A stretch of 59,588 nucleotides of DNA from a virus (IMGVR_UViG_3300022841_000019:1-59588), one strand, 5' to 3'; numbered from the stretch's first letter, positions 22,501 to 32,479 are shown. Notes: generated by a model not told the origin, from the letters alone. Made by a program: numbers and translations.

Positions 22501-25500
22501 ACTTTGCTGAAGATTCTAAGTCTTTAAATGAAGGTGTTGAATTACTTAAAAATGTAATACAATCTTTACCAGAAAGCCAAGGTGTAGAATTTAAAGATAG
22601 ACTATCTTCTTACGAAAAAGACTACGAAGACAAAAAAATAACTAAAGATAATTTTTACGAAGAATATATAACTTTATTTTCAGAAGCTCTATCTCGTGAA
22701 GATGTAAAACCTGATAAATCTACCTACACTAAGATAAAAGATTATTTTAGAAGACAATTTCAAGACGTCGGATTAATTAAAATTAAGTTCAATGAAAGCG
22801 AAAACTCTGTCGTTAATTTCATAGAAGATTATAATAAAGCTTTTCAAAAAGGAAAAATTGGAAAAGAATTTGTTATTAAGAAAAGTGCAAATGTAGATGA
22901 AAAAATAGCAAAACAAACTATATCAGAGAGTAAAAGTATTGCTGATATTGAAACTAAAATAGAGGATCTTACAGATCGATACTACAACGGCGAGATGGAC
23001 GACATCGAGTACGAGCAAGAATTAGGTAACTTAGAATCTAAATTAGAAGCTGCTAAAAGAGCGCCTATTGAAGAGAAAGTTGTTTCTAAGCCAAGTACAT
23101 TAGATAACAAAAACAACACAGAAGAGGTTATTAAAAAAGCCTCTGAAAAAGTATTTAAAGAAACAGAAGTATCAGATAAAAACAAGGACATATCTAAAAA
23201 AAATGAAGATATTTCTAACGAAATACTAGAGTTAAAAGCTAATAGCGTTTCTGACATAAAAGACCCTGAGAAGCGTAAAGCTATAGTCAACAGGCTAGGT
23301 GAAAACAATCTAGGTGCTGTAACTAATCTAGCTAAAAAAGCGGCAGCTGTAGGAAAAGACTTAGCTATAGATAGTGGTCTTAAGGTTGGTTATGATGAAT
23401 TCTTTTCTGGATTCAGTGAAGAGTTATCTGCTCTTATTAACACGTATAAAGTGTTAGTAGACGGTAAGAAAGTTCCTTTCGGTGCTTACATGAAGAAAAA
23501 CTTAAGCTTAAGATACGGGCAAATACTAGACAAAGCCTTAAAAGGTAAAATACAAAACACACAAAGCCTAGACTTAGAGGCTGGATCAGTAGGGTCAACT
23601 AGAGAACTAGCGGATGAAGGATCTAGAGATTTCGACGCCTACACTAGCGCTGAAAGAGGTTTACCAGCTGGTGAACTAATTGACGTAACTACTTTTAATA
23701 ACGTAAAAGACAAGATAGGTACAATAAAAGACATAGTAAAAACAGAGAATATAGACATAGCTAATTTAACTTACAAAAAAGTTGTTGATCAATATGCTGG
23801 ACCAGTTGGAGCAGCTATCTTAGGAGTGTATAGCACTGATCCTAACAACGCTTTTGATGTAGACATGAACAAGAAGTTAGCTGAGAGAATAGATGGCACT
23901 AGAACGCTTAACTACGGTAAAGACACCGGAGGTGAAGCAGAGGTTAGAGCTATGCAAAAACTGTTTTTAAACTATAACGACGCTGTTAAATTCATAAAAA
24001 CTATACCTGAGTTTAATATAGCTCCGTTTGAGACAACAGTGGATAAACAGGGGAAATCTATAGATTTAACTACAGACGCTAAAGGTTACAGTGTAGGGAC
24101 TTCAAGTGTTTTATTGAACCAATTATACGACGTGTACGTTGATCCTAAGTCTAAAAGCAGCGACAAAGACGTTAAAAATAGAGCTATAACTTCTCCATCT
24201 GGTAGAGGTAAAGGTAAAACTTCTCAAGTAGCTAAAGTATATAGATTAAAGGACAAATATAGAGGTAGAGTATCTAAAGAAGCAGTAAAAGAATTACAGA
24301 AAACAATAGGTATTACAGAAGCTGGTGAGGCTTTTATACCAATGAAAGGTGTTAACAGAACTAAATTTGGTACGGCTTTACAGGGTTTAACCAAGATATA
24401 TGCCGCGAACGTAGCTAACACTATAATTAGAAAAGATATTGTAGAAAAAGGTATCACATCTGATAAAAAACCTACAGAAAAAGTATTAGCTGATATTGGC
24501 GGGGGTAAATCCAGGGTAATGTTTAGCAAGAACGCTAAAAAGTCCTACGAAACTAGCTTAGCTAAGAATAGACCCTCAATGAAAGACGCTGCTGGACAAG
24601 TAGATAAACTGTTTTTATGGGTGGATAATTTAAACGTACCTAAAAATAAAAAAAGTAAATTTGAAAAGCTAGCTTTTTACTATATGAACAATGGTTTTGT
24701 AATACTTCCAGAAGATGGCTACAAAGTGATACAAGCTGAAAGAATATCTTCTATAAAGAAAATAGACCCATATAGCTATAAAAACCCTAACGAAATACTA
24801 GAACAGTTCTCAGGTGAGATTAAGCCAATGAAAATTAACCCTGATGAAGTAAATTCATTTAGCAATAAAAAAGTATTAGAAAATGGTTTAGTTGTTTACG
24901 ATGTTAAGGACGACAAGCAAGGTCAGCTTGATGTTAGAGCTGCTGTAGATAGTACTTGGGGTGTAAAGTCTAACCCTTGGTGCTTAATAGCTAGAACTAT
25001 AAAAAGTAAAGACAGTTTAAACCAAAAGATTCTTGATTTATGGGGAGAACAAGGTGTTGGTTGGTATGATTTTGAAGATTTTAGTTCTATTAAAGAAGCT
25101 CGTAAAGCTGCTAGTAAATACGAAAAAAGTGGTGAGTACGAAAAAATAACAGTAACTTCTGAGGTAGAGTACGACGAGTCCAGTAAGCAGTTTATTTCTT
25201 TAGATTCTTTGAATAAAGAAAAAGCTAAACTAAAAGAACTAGGATTCATGTTTAAGCCAGTTGTAGAACTACCAGGACTTCAAACAAAGCTTGGTAAAGT
25301 TTACATACTAACTTATTACAAGGAGGAAAGCGGAACTGTTGTAATGCGAAGAGATTTCAACAAAAGTAAAAAACACCCTATTAAAAATGTTTTCTTTAAA
25401 GAGAAAGAGACTGAAGCTAAATCTATTTTAAGTAATCTAAATGAATTAGATAATTCATTTAGATTGTTTGAAAGTTATAACTCTGATGGTAATGGCTATA

Positions 25501-28500
25501 AAATAGCTTTTACACCAAACAATAAGCTAGTATCTCTTAGAGACGGAAACGATAAGTTTTGGTGGGACCGTATGGATGCCGCGTTCAAAAACACAGATGA
25601 GTTAATTGAAGCTAACTATACAGATAAAAAAGGTGATATAAAATTCAGCAAGAATCTTGAAGTTAGGTTTTCTAAAGCGTTTGACAAGTCAGATGTGAAA
25701 ATTCTTACTAATACAGTAAATAACCAACTACTAAGTGATGAAACCAAAGAAGCATTATCTAGTGTCATCGAAGAAGGAAATAGCAATATAATAGATGTTT
25801 TAAAAGCAATAGATCAAATAGCTAAAGTAGAGATTACAGAAAAAGACCGTAGAGAATTTCAAGCAGAAAGTGTAAACAACCTAGTGTCTTCTTATAGACC
25901 TAGTGATCAATCTATAATACTAAAAGCGTTTAGTAATTATAGAGATACATATATTAAAGAGTATGAGCGGTTTGGACTTAGTGTAGTTTATTCAGACTTG
26001 AAATCTAATTTAAGTAAAACAAATAGCAGTGACGAAAATAGAGCGGAATTAATAAAAGAATTTCTATACTTTGCTTCTAGATCAGCTAAGTCAAGTAAGT
26101 TAGAGAAAGTTCCTAGTAATTATGATTTCTTTAATAAGTATATAAAACCTATAAAAATAGCTGTAGATTTAGGTTTTAAAGTAAAAAGAGAAGATGGTAA
26201 GTCATTTATTTACTATAAAGACGAATTGCTAAGAGGCATGTTGGATATTACTAACGAGATTAAAAAAACTGGTTTCACTCCAGCTACTGTTATTGAAATT
26301 GAGGCTCAAGCAGCGGCATCTGTTAATTACATTATTAAAGCTATATCAGACCAAAATGGTGATATTAATAAAATAAAATCAGTTATAGCTTTTCTTTCTT
26401 TAGATCAAAGAGGTCCAATACGTAAGCTTTCTAAACCTGGAGCGCAAATGCAAGGCGTAAAACCTAAAGACATGTATTTAGAACACGCTACAACAGTTCT
26501 AAAGATTAAAAAACAACTACTAGAGTTTGGCGAAAAAGGCAATGAAGCTTCTTTGAGAAGTTATTTGAAAGGAGTTTATGTTAACCTTATATCTAAAGAA
26601 CTAAACAGCGTTCTCTCTAAGAGTAATCTACAAGAGGCAGATGCTTCAAGATACTCTAACACAGAAGCTCAGTCGATAATTAGCAAAGCTATTAAAGAAA
26701 ATAAAATACTTCAAATAGCTCCTGTCAACACGGGTTTAGGAAAATATAACGAAGAAGTTAATAGCGACGCGCGATTCAGTAAAAACTTAAGTAGAGAATT
26801 TAACAAGATAATAGAAAATAAAACCGGCATACTAGCTACGGAGACAATATCTGAAGTAAAAGCTAAAATGATAGCAGATAGCCAACGTCGTTTCAATATA
26901 TTTATACCACCATCGGCTGAAGATTTTGTTGGGCTATTGTACTACACACTAGGTAAAGGTAAAATTGGTGATCAGCAGATGCAGTTTTACAAAAGAACAT
27001 TACTAGACCCATATGCTAGAGCGAATCAAGCCATATCAAGAGATAGGAATGCCTTTGGTAGAAGATTTAAAGAGATAAAAAAAGAATTCAAAGTTACACC
27101 GAAAGACCTTAAAGAAAAAACTCCAGATGGACTATTTACTAGAGAGCAAGCTGCTCGTGTTTGGATATGGAATAGCATAGGGATAGAAGCTCCAGGTTTA
27201 AGTAAAACAGATATTAGTGAATTGGTTAAATACGTCGATGCTGACGCAAATTTATCTGAATTCGCTGCTCAAGTAATGAGGTTGAACCCAGGTAAAAAAT
27301 ATCTTTCACCTAGTGACACGTGGATAACAGGTAACATAACAACTGATCTACTAGAGGTGTTAAACACAACTAGAAGAAAAATGCATTTAGAGCAATGGCA
27401 AAAAAACGTTGATGCTATTTTCTCAGTAGAAAACCTAAACAAGTTAGAAGCTTCTTATGGGACACAGTACCGTAAAGCAATGGAAAACACGTTAAGGAGA
27501 ATGAAAACCGGTAAGAACAGAGATTACGGTACCGATACTCTAACAGGTAGAGTTACAGACTGGGTAAATGGCTCTGTTGGCGCTATAATGTTCTTAAATA
27601 CTAGATCAGCAGTTTTACAAACAATATCTGCTATAAACTTTATAAACTTTACAGATAATAACGTTTTAGCCGCTGGTAAAGCTCTAGCTAATCAAAAGCA
27701 GTACTGGAGTGATTTTTCAACTCTTTTTAAATCTGAATACTTGATTGACAGGAGAGATGGTTTGAAAGTAAATGTAAACGAAGCTGATATAGCGGATATA
27801 GCTAAAGAAAAAGGCGCTAGAGGAGCTTTAAACTATTTGTTAAAACTAGGCTTTACGCCAACGCAGGTAGCTGATAGCTTTGCTATTGCATCAGGTGGTT
27901 CTACTTTCTATAGAAACAGAATTAATTCTTTAATTAAAAAAGGAATGGATCCATTAGCAGCAGAAAAACTAGCTATGAGGGATTTTATAGAGACAGCTGA
28001 AGAATCTCAACAATCTAGTAGACCAGATAAAATAAGTCAACAACAAGCAGGTCCTTTAGGGCGTATTATACTAGCTTTTGCTAACACACCAGCCCAGTAT
28101 GCTAGACTTATTAAAAAAGCCGCTAGCGATCTTAAAAACGGCAGAGGAGACGCTAAGTCTAACATATCTAAGATACTTTACTATGGGGTTGTTCAAAATA
28201 TTATATTTACAACGCTGCAACAGGCTGTTTTTGCTATGACATTTGGAGACGAAGAAGAGGAAGACAAGAAAACAGTGGATGTAGTTAATAGTATGATAGA
28301 CGGTATAGCTAGAGGTACGGGTATCGGTGGAGCTATATTTTCAGTTGTTAAAAACACAGCTTTAAAGCTATATAGAGACAGTGAAAAGAAAAACCCTAAA
28401 TATGAAGATGGTTTTTTAGAGTTATTAAAGATAGCACCTCCAATATCTTCTAAGATTCAAAAGTTTAGAGCAGCTGGTAGAACAATGTCTTGGGAGATGG

Positions 28501-28772
28501 ATGAAATTAAAGAACAAGGAGTTAGCTTATCTAGCCCAGCTGTTAAAGCAGGTGGTAAAGTTGTATCTGCTGCTTTTAATTTTCCATCAGATAGAATTAT
28601 ACAAAAAGTAGAAAACCTAGTTGACGCATCTAATAGCGAGATAGAGACGTATAAGAGATTAGCTTTAATAGGTGGTTGGTCAGCTTGGGAATTAGATATA
28701 AAAAAAGAAGAGGAAAAAAAGAAGAAAAAAACAAAAAATAACTTAAACTTAAAAACTAAGATAGAAAGATAG
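19566..28772 (+). CDS. giant (3068 aa) multidomain ejected/polyvalent virion protein with zincin and sigma-region-2-like domains
   Basis: HEFLH at aa 969-973 with downstream EE; ENNLGAVTNLAKK...VPFGAY at aa ~1246-1308; four xFSK linkers; no DxDxD RNA polymerase motif seen. Confidence 0.7.
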   Translation: MFEFNGKQYSLDQLQAIANEKGYTFEELLSKNPTIKEIKQESPVGGFFGEEVKTNAVVGPVANATAKQGVATDTVLGSGNTSSALQDSDTELKKPTLDQFEKMSLDQKRKLNFSDRQRLTAERDLKAKNSRQLDKTKEASVKKISTDQALFNFEQRTGQKASSIMDLTDSDYGAPPQLQKFKPVDKLETYKRNRNRLNELQLEKDKLRKKAEVTSYETMDPMESVNYVKKTMKDFDETVANEVKVMNLNPDFKLRNDAIIQLSRNSNNNRATGDVASDLSSEAGVLNLFKGKSYYKNLESTETIKLNDEVEDAVINNLDERSLQKLAGGFYTLQEKENLINNVKIPLIKEKEKEISTAVEKLTIETESKMYNYSKEINNINALIKDVVSGKQKDEQGRYILNEEDSSAYNILVSKYENTNSKIRSTAENYDYFKKDAANKFNSYQGELGVDLAKQTMNNNFKLSSDADSFREKYAGDGFWNATKDIVGGDLVQGLYQTVKKATVGSGSWVLSSFGDMFQDQDNYSSFDAFRDIVGNWTNNTMVPQSTDEKFSITKEEGGFKGFEARNYAKLGVSMVPFTGYLISEVRKGNYTGLKDALGKTYINLGAKGKVLPQASQKLKDNIIMVDATFRATIIDNQKQAELLGLNGLQATAYATAISSTEALVQSIMPDAQFLKGVGGKTIKEAFAGTLKTAANKEGVKSAVKEFSTGILKEYAEEEITLGANILTDASFGLALPKASEFLNQQIELTMGTLMLSGSMGTVGAKNTFSNQKKLIYNQISENINGLELHLMTMYKYTKDSESKEKINDAIVFSRDIKKAIESSPENVTSEQIDLLVEKSKLIQEKEKTDPAFYSEIDEKINKIDKDIKQGGVKRDILSKIEKDIENVQKNAAKIGVNIGEVIALEDDVNESSADKMKKILLDSGLSEERSEESKGNLGVFITNKEGKEILVINKTVAIKESVVTTGQHEFLHKLLRYNFAEDSKSLNEGVELLKNVIQSLPESQGVEFKDRLSSYEKDYEDKKITKDNFYEEYITLFSEALSREDVKPDKSTYTKIKDYFRRQFQDVGLIKIKFNESENSVVNFIEDYNKAFQKGKIGKEFVIKKSANVDEKIAKQTISESKSIADIETKIEDLTDRYYNGEMDDIEYEQELGNLESKLEAAKRAPIEEKVVSKPSTLDNKNNTEEVIKKASEKVFKETEVSDKNKDISKKNEDISNEILELKANSVSDIKDPEKRKAIVNRLGENNLGAVTNLAKKAAAVGKDLAIDSGLKVGYDEFFSGFSEELSALINTYKVLVDGKKVPFGAYMKKNLSLRYGQILDKALKGKIQNTQSLDLEAGSVGSTRELADEGSRDFDAYTSAERGLPAGELIDVTTFNNVKDKIGTIKDIVKTENIDIANLTYKKVVDQYAGPVGAAILGVYSTDPNNAFDVDMNKKLAERIDGTRTLNYGKDTGGEAEVRAMQKLFLNYNDAVKFIKTIPEFNIAPFETTVDKQGKSIDLTTDAKGYSVGTSSVLLNQLYDVYVDPKSKSSDKDVKNRAITSPSGRGKGKTSQVAKVYRLKDKYRGRVSKEAVKELQKTIGITEAGEAFIPMKGVNRTKFGTALQGLTKIYAANVANTIIRKDIVEKGITSDKKPTEKVLADIGGGKSRVMFSKNAKKSYETSLAKNRPSMKDAAGQVDKLFLWVDNLNVPKNKKSKFEKLAFYYMNNGFVILPEDGYKVIQAERISSIKKIDPYSYKNPNEILEQFSGEIKPMKINPDEVNSFSNKKVLENGLVVYDVKDDKQGQLDVRAAVDSTWGVKSNPWCLIARTIKSKDSLNQKILDLWGEQGVGWYDFEDFSSIKEARKAASKYEKSGEYEKITVTSEVEYDESSKQFISLDSLNKEKAKLKELGFMFKPVVELPGLQTKLGKVYILTYYKEESGTVVMRRDFNKSKKHPIKNVFFKEKETEAKSILSNLNELDNSFRLFESYNSDGNGYKIAFTPNNKLVSLRDGNDKFWWDRMDAAFKNTDELIEANYTDKKGDIKFSKNLEVRFSKAFDKSDVKILTNTVNNQLLSDETKEALSSVIEEGNSNIIDVLKAIDQIAKVEITEKDRREFQAESVNNLVSSYRPSDQSIILKAFSNYRDTYIKEYERFGLSVVYSDLKSNLSKTNSSDENRAELIKEFLYFASRSAKSSKLEKVPSNYDFFNKYIKPIKIAVDLGFKVKREDGKSFIYYKDELLRGMLDITNEIKKTGFTPATVIEIEAQAAASVNYIIKAISDQNGDINKIKSVIAFLSLDQRGPIRKLSKPGAQMQGVKPKDMYLEHATTVLKIKKQLLEFGEKGNEASLRSYLKGVYVNLISKELNSVLSKSNLQEADASRYSNTEAQSIISKAIKENKILQIAPVNTGLGKYNEEVNSDARFSKNLSREFNKIIENKTGILATETISEVKAKMIADSQRRFNIFIPPSAEDFVGLLYYTLGKGKIGDQQMQFYKRTLLDPYARANQAISRDRNAFGRRFKEIKKEFKVTPKDLKEKTPDGLFTREQAARVWIWNSIGIEAPGLSKTDISELVKYVDADANLSEFAAQVMRLNPGKKYLSPSDTWITGNITTDLLEVLNTTRRKMHLEQWQKNVDAIFSVENLNKLEASYGTQYRKAMENTLRRMKTGKNRDYGTDTLTGRVTDWVNGSVGAIMFLNTRSAVLQTISAINFINFTDNNVLAAGKALANQKQYWSDFSTLFKSEYLIDRRDGLKVNVNEADIADIAKEKGARGALNYLLKLGFTPTQVADSFAIASGGSTFYRNRINSLIKKGMDPLAAEKLAMRDFIETAEESQQSSRPDKISQQQAGPLGRIILAFANTPAQYARLIKKAASDLKNGRGDAKSNISKILYYGVVQNIIFTTLQQAVFAMTFGDEEEEDKKTVDVVNSMIDGIARGTGIGGAIFSVVKNTALKLYRDSEKKNPKYEDGFLELLKIAPPISSKIQKFRAAGRTMSWEMDEIKEQGVSLSSPAVKAGGKVVSAAFNFPSDRIIQKVENLVDASNSEIETYKRLALIGGWSAWELDIKKEEEKKKKKTKNNLNLKTKIER

Positions 28773-28774
28773 AT

Positions 28775-28972
28775 ATGAGGAAACCAGGACCAGAGGATAG
28801 ATCATTTTGGGATAACGAGGCTAGATTAAAAGCTGTAGGTAAAGGTATGAACAGTCCTTTAAACTTAAAAGACGCTTGTTATTACAAAGTAAAGAAACAA
28901 TACGATGTTTTTCCATCCGCATACGCTAGTGGTGCAATAGCTAAATGTAGAAAAAATAAAAGTAGCAAATAA
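28775..28972 (+). CDS. small basic protein
   Basis: 65 aa, DACY.KVK..Y.VFPSAYASGAI.KCRK. Confidence 0.6.
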   Translation: MRKPGPEDRSFWDNEARLKAVGKGMNSPLNLKDACYYKVKKQYDVFPSAYASGAIAKCRKNKSSK

Positions 28973-29244
28973 TGTATAACTCACCATTAAATAAAGTTCG
29001 TAAAACCGAGAAAGGGGCATCGTTAAAAAGATGGTTTGCAGAAGAGTGGAAAGATGAAAAAGGAAATACTTGTGGATCATCTGATAGAAAAGGAACTAAA
29101 GTATGTAGACCATCTAAAAGAGTCACTAAAGACTCTCCAAAGTCATGGAATGAAATGACTTCTTTAGAAAAAAGTAAAGTTGTTAGCGCTAAAAAGAAGG
29201 TTGGAATGGGTAAAAGAAGATCTTCAAGTAGCAACGTAAGTTAA
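28972..29244 (+). CDS. small basic protein
   Basis: 90 aa, LKRWF.EEW...CG...CRP; coupled to the previous gene. Confidence 0.6.
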   Translation: MYNSPLNKVRKTEKGASLKRWFAEEWKDEKGNTCGSSDRKGTKVCRPSKRVTKDSPKSWNEMTSLEKSKVVSAKKKVGMGKRRSSSSNVS

Positions 29245-29282
29245 GGGATAAATTAAATAGGCGTACCATACCTAAAATTCCT

Positions 29283-29318
29283 AAAAAAAAGAGGATCTCG
29301 ATTGAGGTCCTCTTTTTT
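29283..29318. terminator. bidirectional intrinsic terminator at the convergence of both arms
   Basis: A8-GAGGATCTC-GATT-GAGGTCCTC-T6. Confidence 0.9.
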
Positions 29319-29344
29319 AATTAGAAAAGTGTATAGCATAGCTC

Positions 29345-31096
29345 TTAGCCATCACAACTTATACAATCCTCGCTCATAGCAGCAGCTGCGATATCGCCAC
29401 GTAAAACGCTTTCTGTTCTAGTGTAATATAAAGTTTTAACACCTTTTTTCCAGGCTTCCATGTGAACTTTGTTGATCCATTTTGGCGTAGCTTCACTAGG
29501 AAAAGCAAGGTTTAAACTAACGGATTGATCAATATACTGTTGGCGTATTCCAGCTTGATTAACTAATTCCAATTGGTTAATCTCTTTGAAAGTTCGATAC
29601 ACTTCTTTAGCGGGGATAGAATGCATACCCACAGTAACATCGTCAAGCTCCATAATATCCTCAACAGAGCCTCCGTCAGCCAGTATTTTATTCCAGATTT
29701 TTTCATTGTTTATTTTGTGTTTTTTTAATAATTTAACTAATGTAGGGTTTTTACGTATAAAAGTTCCTTTTGCTGACTGTTCGGTAAAAACATTCGCGGC
29801 CCAAGGTTCTACTCCTGGTGAAACATTCCCGCTAAGCTTACTATTACTAACGGTAGGAGCAATAGCGCGAAGATGAGTATTACGCATACCTGTACCAACA
29901 CACCAAAGAGGTTCACCATATATCTCGGCAAGAGCCATTGAAGCGCGTTCGCTTTCGATTTTAATTTGCGAAAAAATCTTCCTAGTTTCAAACTGAGCCA
30001 GTAAACCTTCAAAGGGAATTCCTTTTTCTTGGAGATACGTGTGCCATCCAAGAACTCCCAATCCCAATGCTCTCCCTTTCTGGGCGGAACGAATCGAATT
30101 CTCGAAGCCTCGTAACCCTTTGGCTCGTTGAATAAATTCTTCCATAACTCCATCAAGAAAGTAGATAGAGTCATATATAAGGTTAGTGTCTTTCCATTCT
30201 TCATATTTTGCTAAATTTAATGATGATAAACAACAAACAAAGCTGTGATTTTCATCGGTGTGTAATGTGATTTCAGAACATATGTTAGTCATATGAACTT
30301 TTAATCCGTTGTGTTTATATGCTTGAGGATTCGCTTTGTTAACGTTTCCCTTAAACATAATGTATGGTTCACCAGTTGCTTTTCTTTTTCTAAGAAGTTT
30401 GCTCCATCTAGTTCTTGCCTCTGCGTCACCGGATTCCAGTCTACGCATAAACTTATCTCCAACAACAGCGCATTGGTGAAGATTAAGCGACTGTCTATTG
30501 ACATCTCCCTTAGGTTCTCTGATTTCAAGCCAGTCTTCGAAATCGTCATGCTCGATATTAATATTAATCGAAGCAGCTCCTCGTCTAACTGATCCTTGAT
30601 TAGTGGCCAAGATAGTTGAATCGTAGATTTTACAAAATGGTACGACTCCATCTGATGTTCCATTGCCTGTTATTTTAGTTCCAGCGGCTCTAATTTGATT
30701 TATACCGATACCAACTCCACCGCCGTGTTTAGCGAGTAGCATCATCTCTAGATTTTTAGTTCCGATATCTTGTATCGAATCAGCAACGTCAATACCAAAA
30801 CAACTAATAGGTAAGCCGCGATCAGTCCCAGTGTTTGAGAGTACAGGACTAGCAAGGCACAACCAACCATTCCAGATATAATCGAAAAACTTATTAGCCA
30901 TTTCAGGTTTATATAATCTTTTAGCAACCGCTTCAGCGACTCTACGGTATGCTTCTTTGGGCGTTTCTCCGTTATGTAGATATCCCCCGGATATTGTCTT
31001 CTTGTATACGTCGTTATCACCCCACGTTGGAAAATCTTCTCCCTTGATCCAGTTCGGGTCCCATCCTGATTTATTCTTGATTTCATTTCCAGTCAT
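29345..31096 (-). CDS. nrdA: ribonucleotide reductase class Ia alpha subunit
   Basis: ISCF, GGGVG, TNICSEI, APT.S.S motifs, C-terminal YY and CxxC; no ATP-cone. Confidence 0.95.
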   Translation of the reverse strand: MTGNEIKNKSGWDPNWIKGEDFPTWGDNDVYKKTISGGYLHNGETPKEAYRRVAEAVAKRLYKPEMANKFFDYIWNGWLCLASPVLSNTGTDRGLPISCFGIDVADSIQDIGTKNLEMMLLAKHGGGVGIGINQIRAAGTKITGNGTSDGVVPFCKIYDSTILATNQGSVRRGAASININIEHDDFEDWLEIREPKGDVNRQSLNLHQCAVVGDKFMRRLESGDAEARTRWSKLLRKRKATGEPYIMFKGNVNKANPQAYKHNGLKVHMTNICSEITLHTDENHSFVCCLSSLNLAKYEEWKDTNLIYDSIYFLDGVMEEFIQRAKGLRGFENSIRSAQKGRALGLGVLGWHTYLQEKGIPFEGLLAQFETRKIFSQIKIESERASMALAEIYGEPLWCVGTGMRNTHLRAIAPTVSNSKLSGNVSPGVEPWAANVFTEQSAKGTFIRKNPTLVKLLKKHKINNEKIWNKILADGGSVEDIMELDDVTVGMHSIPAKEVYRTFKEINQLELVNQAGIRQQYIDQSVSLNLAFPSEATPKWINKVHMEAWKKGVKTLYYTRTESVLRGDIAAAAMSEDCISCDG

Positions 31097-31224
31097 TATT
31101 TATTTTTTGTATTTCATTCATTATTTCCTTATCTACCTCTAAGTCTAAAGACTCATCTCTATTTAATATCCACATATCTCCTTCCCACCTTAATAAACCA
31201 GGCGTAAAATCATTAGTGTCCATA

Positions 31225-31449
31225 TTATATTTCTAGCTTTTTGTTTTCAACTTCATCAATCTCTTTAGCTTTATTTGTGATAGCTTTTATAGCTTTATCA
31301 TAACCAGGCATTAACTTAACAGTTTCAAGCGTACCTACAGCTAAATCTCTAAGATGTGAGTTTTCATTTAATAATCTCTGCACTACAGCTATTAGTGCTT
31401 GTGTTTTTTTATCTTGTAGATCAGATCTACTTTGTTTTAATTTAGTCAT
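31225..31449 (-). CDS. hypothetical protein
   Basis: 74 aa ORF between the nrd genes. Confidence 0.55.
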   Translation of the reverse strand: MTKLKQSRSDLQDKKTQALIAVVQRLLNENSHLRDLAVGTLETVKLMPGYDKAIKAITNKAKEIDEVENKKLEI

Positions 31450-31507
31450 TTATTATTAATTTAAGTGTTTATATATTTCTTCATTCGAGACGGGTCTGAC
31501 ATTATAT

Positions 31508-32476
31508 TTACCATATATTATCGTAGTCTTCATTTTCCCCAGCTTTTGAATAATCTGTCGACCTAATAGCGAAAAAATCAGTATGAGTGACCCCCCCGGT
31601 AAGATGATAGAACCAATTAAGATTATTTGCTGCTTTAACGTCATAAGCGAAATAGTTTCCAAGGTCGACATAACCCAATTCCACAAGTTTTTCATTTGTT
31701 CTCTTCTTTATAAAGTGTTTAAGGTCGTTTGATGAGATACCTTCTATGTCACCCATTTCAAACATTTTGTCAATATAATTTGTTTCTAGTTTTACCATTG
31801 CCTCTGCAGATGTTATAATATCCTCTCTACAAAGATTTAGTAATTGATTATCTTCTTCACACATATGTCTAAACAATTGACAACCCATTTTACTATGAAG
31901 AGATTCATCTCTCACAGACCATTTCATCTGTTGTCCGATACCCTTAAGTAAATTACGCAACTGAAAAGAATACAGAACTGCAAAAGCGGAATAGAGAGAT
32001 ACGCCCTCAGCGAAGGCTGAAAAGACAGCCAAAGATTTAGCGATACCAGTGCGGCTTGTACCACTATATGCAACCAGGTTATTAAACCTTTCAGCAGTTG
32101 CTGGTTCGTGTAAAAAAGCCTCATAGTCTTCTAATTTTAATGTTTCGTTTAAATAACTGTAAGCTACCGCGTGGACTGTTTCTTGTGATCCAAACATCAT
32201 AGCCATTTGTTGTATCTCGTGTTTAGGGAACCAACTAACAACTTTCTGGGTCCAGTAATCCGACACTGCACATTCTGTTTGAGCAAAGCCAAGAAGTATA
32301 TTCCCAACTAAGTTTTTTTCTTTTTCATCTAGCTTTTCATTCCAGTCTTTGATATCGCTTTGCATTGATATCTCTGTGTGTAACCAAAAAGCCTGAGCTT
32401 GTTTAAGCCAACCTTCAGTGTAATACTCTGGGTGCTCAAAGGGTTTGTAAGCAACTCGTGGTGTAAATAATGACAT
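31508..32476 (-). CDS. nrdB: ribonucleotide reductase class I beta subunit
   Basis: W...E, E.VH..AY, EG..LYS.F, DESLH di-metal motifs; C-terminal DFF...Y. Confidence 0.95.
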   Translation of the reverse strand: MSLFTPRVAYKPFEHPEYYTEGWLKQAQAFWLHTEISMQSDIKDWNEKLDEKEKNLVGNILLGFAQTECAVSDYWTQKVVSWFPKHEIQQMAMMFGSQETVHAVAYSYLNETLKLEDYEAFLHEPATAERFNNLVAYSGTSRTGIAKSLAVFSAFAEGVSLYSAFAVLYSFQLRNLLKGIGQQMKWSVRDESLHSKMGCQLFRHMCEEDNQLLNLCREDIITSAEAMVKLETNYIDKMFEMGDIEGISSNDLKHFIKKRTNEKLVELGYVDLGNYFAYDVKAANNLNWFYHLTGGVTHTDFFAIRSTDYSKAGENEDYDNIW

Positions 32477-32479
32477 ATT

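Noticed and set aside
19566-28772. Virion RNA polymerase of crAss-like or N4 type
   Set aside because: No DxDxD catalytic motif found (closest is AFDVDM) and no convincing single-subunit RNAP motifs; a very divergent enzyme cannot be excluded without structure prediction
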